Source of the DNA: Minisyncoccota bacterium
GTDB taxonomy: Bacteria; Patescibacteriota; Minisyncoccia; Phycocordibacterales; CAIZLB01
Assembly: GCA_036405975.1 (NCBI GenBank)
Contig: DASWWM010000034.1
Span: 4,675 to 68,674 of the forward strand
DNA length: 64,000 nucleotides
Reading direction: 5' to 3'
Position 1 is the first letter of the stretch, and the number at the start of each line of letters is the position of its first letter. This document shows positions 56,480-64,000 of this stretch, in pieces. Position numbers and translations under genes: made by a program. Under the pieces are notes generated by a model, which worked only from the letters and a program-made list of their open reading frames with translations, was not told the origin of the DNA and did not search any database.

Positions 56480-58432
56480 ATGGCAATGGATGACAGCAAA
56501 ATTGAGCAGCTCAAGAACAGGCTGAATTCTAATTCGGAAACAGATCCTGTTCCGGTCACGCATAGGCAGAAGCTTCCGCGGCACAGCGTCTTGGTGGGCC
56601 AGGCCTGGGAAGGGGATGCTACCGAGGAAAACCCCATCATCCGGCCTGACTTCGCAAAACTAAATCAATATGAGGACAAAAGCCCCCTCAAGAAGATACT
56701 CCTGGCGGTATTCTTGCTGTTCATCGCCGCGGTTGCATTTGCCGGATATGTCATTTTCTCAGGGGCAAATTTCGTCTCGAATAACAACATCGACATTCGG
56801 CTTATCGGTCCTGTGAGTTCGCCTGCAGGAGAAGAGCTCTCGCTCGATGTGGATATTACGAACCGGAATAAGACGGAGCTTCTTCTGGCCGACCTCGTTG
56901 TCACGTATCCTGAAGGAACGAGGTCGGCCAGTGACCGCATCACTCCGCTCCTGACTGACAGGACTGCCGTTGGAACCATCAAGGCGGGAGAGTCCGTGCG
57001 GCTCACTGTTAAGTCTGTTCTCTTCGGCGAGGAGAATGTTAAAAAGAATATCAATGTGGCACTTGAGTACGGCATTCCCGGATCAAGCAATATTTTCATA
57101 AAAGATAAGCAGTATCCGATGTTCATTGGTTCTTCGCCGATCACGGTAAACATCGAGGCGTTGAGAGAGGTGACTCCGGAACAGGAGGCGGACTTCAAAG
57201 TGAAGATCAAGTCGAATAGCTCGTCCATCGTTCGAGGCCTCATTCTCAAGGTGGAGTACCCATTCGGATTCGAATTCATCAGCTCTCTTCCGCAAGTTAC
57301 GGGTGACTCTGGCACCTGGGTTCTTGGGGACGTAAACCCAGGAGAAGAGCGAGAGATCGCCATCCGAGGGCGGATGATAGGCGGAGAAAATCAGGAGCGC
57401 GTATTCAGGTTCTATACTGGAACCGAAGATCCCAATGACAAGACGTCGATTGGCACCATTTTCGTGACCAACTCGGCAACTGTCGCACTCAAGAAACCGT
57501 TCCTCGGGGCTGATATCTCATTGGATGGAAAGACATCTGCCACATATGTCACATATGCCGGTGAGACCGTGAAGGGGGAGATCACATGGCAGAATAACCT
57601 CAATGTTCCCCTGAACGACGTCGTCGTCGAGGCGCGGATTGCCGGACAGATGCTCGACCGGCTCAGCATTCAGGGAGACCGAGGCTTTTACAGGTCAATC
57701 GACAATACCATTCTCTGGGACAGGACAACTCTCGCTGAGCTCAGGGAAGTCGGTCCGGGCCAGATAGGACGCCTTCAGTTCTCATTCTCGCCCGTCTCTC
57801 TCACTGCAAAGAATGCATCAGAGCTCACAAGGCAGGAGATGACGATCGATCTTGCGATCAGGGCAAAGCGATTTAGCGAGGACAATGTTCCTGTTGAAAT
57901 CACATCGAATATCGCGCGAAAGATTCAGATCGCATCAAACCTGGATATCACGACTGGTGCCATTCGGACTGTCGGTCCGTTCCAGAATACAGGACCTGTT
58001 CCGCCTATGCCTGAGCAGAAAACGACATATACCATGTTCGTCAGCGTCACCAACTCGTATAACAATGTGAAGGATGCGGTATATACGGCAACTCTTCCTG
58101 CCTATGTCGAATGGCTTGGAAAGGTATACCCTGAGAATTCAAGCGTGAAGTACAATGCCGATACACGACAGATCACGTGGCCAGTCGGGGACATCTCTTC
58201 GGGTACCGGATACTCGTCGAGCAAGAAGGAATTCGCATTCCAGGTCCAGCTTCTTCCGAGCTTGAGCCAGATCGGAACGTCGCCCATTCTCGTTGGAAGC
58301 CAGAAGCTCACAGGCCGTGACAATTTCACAGGAACCATCGTCGAGAGCAAGACGCAGTCTTCAGATACGAAGATGAGCACGGATCCCGCGTACAAGTTCG
58401 GCGACGAGAAGGTCGGTGGGGAGGGCAGGTAA
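56480..58432 (+). CDS. Single-TM surface protein with multiple Ig-like beta domains
   Basis: 650 aa; TM near residue 75, repeated W.LG...PG beta-sandwich patterns. Confidence 0.8.
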   Translation: MAMDDSKIEQLKNRLNSNSETDPVPVTHRQKLPRHSVLVGQAWEGDATEENPIIRPDFAKLNQYEDKSPLKKILLAVFLLFIAAVAFAGYVIFSGANFVSNNNIDIRLIGPVSSPAGEELSLDVDITNRNKTELLLADLVVTYPEGTRSASDRITPLLTDRTAVGTIKAGESVRLTVKSVLFGEENVKKNINVALEYGIPGSSNIFIKDKQYPMFIGSSPITVNIEALREVTPEQEADFKVKIKSNSSSIVRGLILKVEYPFGFEFISSLPQVTGDSGTWVLGDVNPGEEREIAIRGRMIGGENQERVFRFYTGTEDPNDKTSIGTIFVTNSATVALKKPFLGADISLDGKTSATYVTYAGETVKGEITWQNNLNVPLNDVVVEARIAGQMLDRLSIQGDRGFYRSIDNTILWDRTTLAELREVGPGQIGRLQFSFSPVSLTAKNASELTRQEMTIDLAIRAKRFSEDNVPVEITSNIARKIQIASNLDITTGAIRTVGPFQNTGPVPPMPEQKTTYTMFVSVTNSYNNVKDAVYTATLPAYVEWLGKVYPENSSVKYNADTRQITWPVGDISSGTGYSSSKKEFAFQVQLLPSLSQIGTSPILVGSQKLTGRDNFTGTIVESKTQSSDTKMSTDPAYKFGDEKVGGEGR

Positions 58433-58521
58433 GGCTTGTCTGAATCGAATAGCTCTCGCATGTAATGCGCGGATGTCCGCGCATTTACTATTGCCATTAA
58501 AACCGCTACTATTGTCACATT

Positions 58522-60021
58522 ATGACAAATACACCGACGAATTACCCTGAAAATACGATGGAAAAGCTCATTTCGCTCTCGAAGCGAAAAGGGTTCATCT
58601 ACCAGGGGTCGGAGATTTACGGAGGACTCGCGGGAACGTGGGATTACGGACCGCTCGGAGTTGCCCTCAAGAACAATATCAAGAATATCTGGTGGAAAAG
58701 GTTCGTCCTCGACCGGGAAGACATGTACGGAGTCGATGCGGCAATCCTCATGAACCAGGAGGTGTGGAAGGCCAGCGGTCATGTCGGCGGTTTCTCTGAT
58801 CCATTGGTCGAAGACCTGAAGACGAACAAGCGCTATCGAGCCGATCATCTCATTGAGGACTTTGCAGAAAAGAATCCTGCAGCGGGTGTCGATACAAAAG
58901 GAATGGGCCTTGCGTATATGGCCGAGGTCATCAAGAACAATGGCATCAAGAGTCCCGAGGGAAATCCGCTTGGCGAGGTGCGACAGTTCAATATGATGTT
59001 CAAGACGAGCGTCGGCGCAATGCAGGACGAAGGATCTGTTTCATATCTTCGACCTGAGACTGCACAGGGAATGTTCGTAAACTTCAAGAATGTCGTCGAC
59101 TCATTCCATCCGAAGCTTCCGTTCGGCCTTGCTCAGATCGGAAAGGCCTTCCGAAACGAGATCGCCCCGCGAGATTTCATTTTCCGAACGCGAGAGTTCG
59201 AACAGATGGAGATCGAGTATTTCATAAAGCCTCCGAAGAATGACGAAGACAAGGCATGGGAGGAGGTGTTCAATCATTTCAGGGAACAGGTCGTGGCATT
59301 CACGACCGACATCGGACTTAATCCGGCAAAGATCCATGAGCTTGAGGTGGCCGGTGCTGACCGAGCTCACTACTCAAAGCGAACCATCGACTTCGAATTC
59401 GACTATACGTTTGGACGAAAAGAGCTGTACGGCCTTGCATACCGAACTGACTTCGACCTCGGCGCTCATATGAATGCGTCAAAGGCAGACCTCAGGTATT
59501 TCGAAGAGCAGTCAGAAGAGACTGATCCTGAAAAAAAGAAATACGTTGCGCATTGCATCGAGCCTTCATTCGGAGTTGACCGAACGGTGCTTGCGGTTCT
59601 TATGGATGCATACGCGGAGGATGAGCTCGGAGGCGAGCCGCGAGCTTTTATGAAATTCTCTCCGAAAGTCGCACCAGTTTTGGCTGCGGTTTCTCCGCTT
59701 CTCAAGAACAAGCCGCATCTCGTTGAGAAGGCGAGAGAGGTGTACGGATCTCTTCGAAAGGCATTTCCAGGACGAGTGGTGTTCGATGACAATGGAAATG
59801 TTGGAAAGCGATACCGACGACAGGATGAGATCGGTACCCCGTTCTGCATCGTGATCGACTTCGATACGATCGAGGGTACAGATGAAAGCGGCCAGGACAA
59901 ATACGACGACAATGGTCAACCACTTCTCAATACAGTAACCGTTCGACACCGAGATACAGGCGAACAGGTGCGAATGGGAATCTTCGAGGTCGAGGCGTAC
60001 ATCCGGGCTTCGCTTGCATAG
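58522..60021 (+). CDS. glyQS: Glycine--tRNA ligase, alpha2 (eukaryote/archaea-like) type
   Basis: EIYGG, YLRPETAQG, FRNEI.PR.FIFR.REFEQME, IEPSFG.DR, RYRRQDEIGTP. Confidence 0.96.
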   Translation: MTNTPTNYPENTMEKLISLSKRKGFIYQGSEIYGGLAGTWDYGPLGVALKNNIKNIWWKRFVLDREDMYGVDAAILMNQEVWKASGHVGGFSDPLVEDLKTNKRYRADHLIEDFAEKNPAAGVDTKGMGLAYMAEVIKNNGIKSPEGNPLGEVRQFNMMFKTSVGAMQDEGSVSYLRPETAQGMFVNFKNVVDSFHPKLPFGLAQIGKAFRNEIAPRDFIFRTREFEQMEIEYFIKPPKNDEDKAWEEVFNHFREQVVAFTTDIGLNPAKIHELEVAGADRAHYSKRTIDFEFDYTFGRKELYGLAYRTDFDLGAHMNASKADLRYFEEQSEETDPEKKKYVAHCIEPSFGVDRTVLAVLMDAYAEDELGGEPRAFMKFSPKVAPVLAAVSPLLKNKPHLVEKAREVYGSLRKAFPGRVVFDDNGNVGKRYRRQDEIGTPFCIVIDFDTIEGTDESGQDKYDDNGQPLLNTVTVRHRDTGEQVRMGIFEVEAYIRASLA

Positions 60022-60137
60022 CCCGAGAGTCTCATCAGAAGAAGCTTGAGAAAAAGCCCTGAAAGAGGCTTTTTATGTATCTGCTTGCATTCTGTCGTCC
60101 TGTAGAGATAGACTGTGAATGGAAAGGATATTTGATT

Positions 60138-60356
60138 ATGGGCTTTTCACCACGCAAGGACCCGAGGGCAAGCTGCCCCATTTCAGGCATGAGGAACGAT
60201 GCCTACGAAATCCCTCTCGAGACACTTTCTCAGGAGGAGCAGAAAGAGGAACAAAGAATCTTGTCTGAAGAGACACAGGATTTGTTTAAGAGGATCGGTG
60301 TCATGCCCTTGGGGGTTGGCACGGCTTCGTTAGCAAATTCAACCGAGTCCGCATGA
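60138..60356 (+). CDS. Hypothetical protein
   Basis: Short ORF between two terminator-like hairpins; no recognisable motif. Confidence 0.4.
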   Translation: MGFSPRKDPRASCPISGMRNDAYEIPLETLSQEEQKEEQRILSEETQDLFKRIGVMPLGVGTASLANSTESA

Positions 60357-60502
60357 ACGCGGTCGGCCGCCCCTTTTCGAAGGGGCGGTTTTTTAATTTG
60401 TAAAGTTAGTAAGTCTCTGGCACTCCGCTGCTTGCTCGAATGATAAGAAATGCGCCCGCCCTCAATGTTTGCAAAATCTGTGGGCGGGCGTATATTTTGT
60501 CC

Positions 60503-61795
60503 ATGCCAAAAACCCCTACATTCCACAAAGAAAAGCTCAAGAACGGACTCCGATTCATCCATGTTCCGCTTGAGACAACCGAAACGGTCCTGGCCATGGT
60601 TCTCGTGGGAACGGGCGCTGACTACGAATCAAAAGCCGAGAATGGCCTCGCACATTTCCTTGAGCATATGTGTTTCAAGGGAACGGCAAAGCGGCCTAAT
60701 GCGAAAGGTATCGCCCTCGAGTTCGACAATATCGGCGCTGACTACAATGCCTTCACCGGAAGGTCTCATACCGGATACTATGCGCGAGCGCACAAGAAGC
60801 ATGCATCTAAGATCATCGAGATGGTTTCTGACATTTATCTGAACTCGACGTTTCCGGAAGCCGAGATAGAAAAGGAGAAAGGCGTGATCATTCAGGAAAT
60901 CAATATGTACATGGACGATCCGCAGTTCCGCGTTTCAAGGCTTGCTACAGTTCAGCTTTACGGTGACCAGCCGGCAGGAAGGGAAATAGCCGGCACGAAG
61001 GAGACGGTATCTTCTTTCACAAGAAAAGATATCGTTCGGTATTACGATGACCAGTACTCAGCGAAAAACACCGTGGTTGTGATTGCCGGAAACATAAAGA
61101 GGACGCAGGCAAAGTCTCAAGTGGAGAAGTTGTTTAAAGGCTTGAATCCGGGCAAAGTGGCAAAGCGGCCTATTACAAAAGTGAACCAGGACAAGCCGAA
61201 TGTCGCACTTGAGTTTCGGGAGACTGACCAGACACATCTTATTCTCACTTTCAGGGCGATGGGATATCTCGACAAGAGGAATCCAGCCGCTCGCTCACTT
61301 GCCATGGCTCTTGGATCCGGGATGAGCTCTCGGCTCTTCCAAAAAATGCGTGAGGAGCTCGGCATCTGCTATTACATCAATGCTGGACTCCATGCCCGAC
61401 ATGATGTGGGCGAATTCGTCATAACGGCTGGCGTGGCAAATGACAGGGTGAATGAGGCACTGGAGGGCATCATCGACGAGCTGAAAAACGTAAGCAAGAA
61501 TGGCATCGAACAGGCCGAGCTGGAAAAAGTGAAGGAAGGGAGACTTTCAAGTCTCGTGCTCCATCTTGAGACGACTGAAGACTATGCAGATTTCTATGCA
61601 AAGCAGGAGATCCTTAAGGGTAAGATCGAGCTGCCAAAGGACAGGATCAAGGAAATAGAAGGTGTGACGCTCAAGTCGGTAAATACGCTGGCAAAGGACA
61701 TTTTCAGCCCTGAAAAGGCAAATCTTGCCGTTCTGGGACCCTTCTCCGAGTCAAAAAAGAAGGAGTTCATGAAGATCCTATCAAGTCTTAGTTAG
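60503..61795 (+). CDS. M16 (pitrilysin) family zinc peptidase
   Basis: AHFLEHMCFKGT, NAFT, EK.VI.QE, SSRLFQ..RE. Confidence 0.95.
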   Translation: MPKTPTFHKEKLKNGLRFIHVPLETTETVLAMVLVGTGADYESKAENGLAHFLEHMCFKGTAKRPNAKGIALEFDNIGADYNAFTGRSHTGYYARAHKKHASKIIEMVSDIYLNSTFPEAEIEKEKGVIIQEINMYMDDPQFRVSRLATVQLYGDQPAGREIAGTKETVSSFTRKDIVRYYDDQYSAKNTVVVIAGNIKRTQAKSQVEKLFKGLNPGKVAKRPITKVNQDKPNVALEFRETDQTHLILTFRAMGYLDKRNPAARSLAMALGSGMSSRLFQKMREELGICYYINAGLHARHDVGEFVITAGVANDRVNEALEGIIDELKNVSKNGIEQAELEKVKEGRLSSLVLHLETTEDYADFYAKQEILKGKIELPKDRIKEIEGVTLKSVNTLAKDIFSPEKANLAVLGPFSESKKKEFMKILSSLS

Positions 61796-61823
61796 GCCTT
61801 GCGTTTTGTGATATTCTGTAGGC

Positions 61824-62936
61824 ATGTCAAGCAAGGGTTCATCTCCTCTAAAGAACGAATTCGGCGAGCAGAAAGTCATCCTCAATGTCAGCATGGGGAC
61901 GCTCTTCAAGATTGCCTGCTTCGCGCTCGGCGCATACTTGCTCTACGAGCTTCGAGGCCTCGCCCTCGTCATCCTCTCGGCGGTCGTCATCGCATCGGTC
62001 ATTGAGCCGGGCATCAGGTTCCTGGTCAGAAGGGGAATCCAGCGAGTCTTCTCAGCGACAATCATGTATCTTGCCATTTTCAGCTTCATCGGCGTGATGG
62101 TCTCATTCGTCCTGCCTCCGCTCTTCAGCGAAACCATATCTGCCATCAATGGCTTGCCGAAATACGTGAAGACCATCGATGTTCTGAATCCGCTTAATGC
62201 AGAAACGCTCCGAAGCGTTCGAACCTTCTTTCCTGATCTTCCAAGCACCATCTCGGTCGGAGACCTTGGTGGAATGATGACGAACGCCGTCTCCAACTTC
62301 TCAGGCGGACTTTTTGATACGGTCGCCGGGTTCTTCGGCGGCATCGTCAGCCTCATTCTCGTGGTGGTCATCTCTTTCTATCTGTCTGTTAGAAATGACG
62401 GGGTAGGGGAATTCCTCGCGGTCATTACTCCTCTTAAGCATGAGAAATACGTGCGTGGCCTCTGGCTCCGGTCACAGCATAAGATTGGCAAGTGGATGCA
62501 GGGACAGCTCGTTCTTGCGCTCGGTGTCGGAATTATCACATACTGTGCGCTTCTCGTTGCGGGCATTCCGCATCCTCTTCTTCTCGCATTCGTTGCCATG
62601 ATATTCGAACTCATCCCAATCATCGGAGCGACGCTCGCTGCAATCCCGGCATTCTTCCTTGCGACGCTCAGTGGCGGTTTCGGACTCGGCCTTATCGTTA
62701 TCGCCATCTATGTAGTCATCCAGCAAATCGAAGCGCATATCCTTTACCCGCTTGTAGTCAAGAAGGTCATCGGCATACCGCCGCTCCTTGTTATCATTGC
62801 CCTTGTCGCAGGTGCTCAGCTCGCAGGGCTCGTCGGCGTACTTCTTGCCGTGCCGCTTTCGGTGGCACTTATGGAATTCATTAATGATGTTGAGAAAAGA
62901 AAGCGGTTTGTTGTCGAAGGGGAGGAGGCAAAATAG
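61824..62936 (+). CDS. AI-2E family transporter
   Basis: W..GQ, ELIPIIG, IQQIE..ILYP, G..GVLLAVP. Confidence 0.92.
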   Translation: MSSKGSSPLKNEFGEQKVILNVSMGTLFKIACFALGAYLLYELRGLALVILSAVVIASVIEPGIRFLVRRGIQRVFSATIMYLAIFSFIGVMVSFVLPPLFSETISAINGLPKYVKTIDVLNPLNAETLRSVRTFFPDLPSTISVGDLGGMMTNAVSNFSGGLFDTVAGFFGGIVSLILVVVISFYLSVRNDGVGEFLAVITPLKHEKYVRGLWLRSQHKIGKWMQGQLVLALGVGIITYCALLVAGIPHPLLLAFVAMIFELIPIIGATLAAIPAFFLATLSGGFGLGLIVIAIYVVIQQIEAHILYPLVVKKVIGIPPLLVIIALVAGAQLAGLVGVLLAVPLSVALMEFINDVEKRKRFVVEGEEAK

Positions 62937-62989
62937 GATTTTTTGACTTTCTTGCTAGAAGCTATAAGGTATTAAGAATATAATCAGCC

Positions 62990-64000
62990 ATGAAAAAGAC
63001 CTTCTACATAACGACTACTTTGCCTTACGTTAATGCCGAACCACATGTCGGCTTTGCGACTGAGATCATCAGGGCTGATGCTATCGCTCGAGCAAAGAAG
63101 CTCCAGGGCTTTGAGGTTTTTTTCAACACTGGAACTGACGAGCATGGCCAGAAACTGTATGAAGGTGCCATCAAGGAAGGGAAGGATACCCAGGACTACG
63201 TCGATTTTTATGCAAAGAGGTTCCGAGACCTGACGCCGATTCTCGGCATTTCTGAGGATGTGCATTTCATACGAACGACCGACGAGCATCACAAGAAAGC
63301 CGCCCAGGAGTTTTGGAAGCGATGTGACCAGAACGGATACATCTATAAGAAAAACTATGAAGCGAAGTATTGCGTAGGCTGCGAGCTTGAGAAGACTGAC
63401 TCTGAGCTTGTCGATGGCCGATGCCCGATTCATCCCGGCAAGGAACTCGAGATACGAAGCGAGGAAAACTATTTCTTCAAATGGAGCGCTTTCGGAGACA
63501 AGCTCCTCGCTTTGTACGAACAGAATCCGACTCTTGTCGTGCCTGACTTCAGATTCAATGAGATCAAGGCATTCGTCGAAAGGGGGCTCCAGGACTTCAG
63601 CATTTCGCGGCTCAAGAGCAAGATGTCATGGGGCATTCCGGTTCCGAGCGATGAAGACCATGTCATGTACGTATGGTTCGATGCCTTGGTAAATTACATC
63701 TCGACGCTCGGATGGCCTGAAAGCGAAGGCGACGCATCTGGGGAATTTGAGAAGTTCTGGAAGAATGGAACTCCTGTTCAGTATTGCGGAAAAGACAATC
63801 TCCGACAGCAGTCAGCAATGTGGCAGGCAATGCTTATGGCAGCAGGCCTTCCTCCGACCAACAAGATCATCATCAACGGTTTTCTTACAGGTGAAGGGGG
63901 CATAAAGATGTCTAAGTCGATTGGAAATGTGGTAAGCCCATACGATGCCGTCGAGCAGTTTGGAACTGAAGCGCTGCGATACTTCTGCCTCGCAGAACTG
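62990..64000 (+). CDS. metG: Methionine--tRNA ligase (3' truncated by window edge)
   Basis: Translated by hand: MKKTFYITTTLPYVNAEPHVG, GTDEHGQK, YVWFDAL, KMSKS; absent from ORF track because no stop codon in the window. Confidence 0.95.
   Translation, partial: MKKTFYITTTLPYVNAEPHVGFATEIIRADAIARAKKLQGFEVFFNTGTDEHGQKLYEGAIKEGKDTQDYVDFYAKRFRDLTPILGISEDVHFIRTTDEHHKKAAQEFWKRCDQNGYIYKKNYEAKYCVGCELEKTDSELVDGRCPIHPGKELEIRSEENYFFKWSAFGDKLLALYEQNPTLVVPDFRFNEIKAFVERGLQDFSISRLKSKMSWGIPVPSDEDHVMYVWFDALVNYISTLGWPESEGDASGEFEKFWKNGTPVQYCGKDNLRQQSAMWQAMLMAAGLPPTNKIIINGFLTGEGGIKMSKSIGNVVSPYDAVEQFGTEALRYFCLAEL

Noticed and set aside
1-64000. CRISPR array, rRNA, integrase or transposase
   Set aside because: No regularly spaced direct repeats, rRNA-like tract or recombinase motifs were seen by eye

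Overview
Origin-proximal 64 kb of a bacterial chromosome. It looks like Patescibacteria/CPR (Parcubacteria-like), inferred from gene content and style: type IV pilus genes, alpha2-type GlyRS, IleRS2 with a phosphatase insert, no rplA after rplK, and many leaderless genes. The window opens with the 3' end of dnaA, a clear oriC and dnaN. It carries housekeeping genes (PBP1A, tyrS, ruvABC, polA, holA, mutM, rpsT, rplS, secE-nusG-rplK, folD, glyA, tmk, dut, argS, ileS, recO, glyS, metG), pilB and pilMNO, eight tRNA genes and several secreted proteins. The most unusual signal is non-coding. Downstream of tRNA-Arg(GCG), tRNA-Val and tRNA-His, and in degenerate form downstream of tRNA-Ser(TGA) and tRNA-Leu, lies a shared structured element. 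Its order is: hairpin, antisense copy of that tRNA's own 3' end, conserved core (GAAAGG, variable stem, CCGACGTAGTCGG), direct copy of the tRNA 3' end. An accessory gene follows each full copy. No integrase, CRISPR array or rRNA was seen. Other candidates are a ~300-nt structured ncRNA between ruvB and pilB, an ORF whose ATG overlaps a tRNA CCA, a divergent HhH-GPD/FeS protein, and a tandem MazG with one apparently dead domain. All protein calls are from motif recognition by eye; no searches were run.
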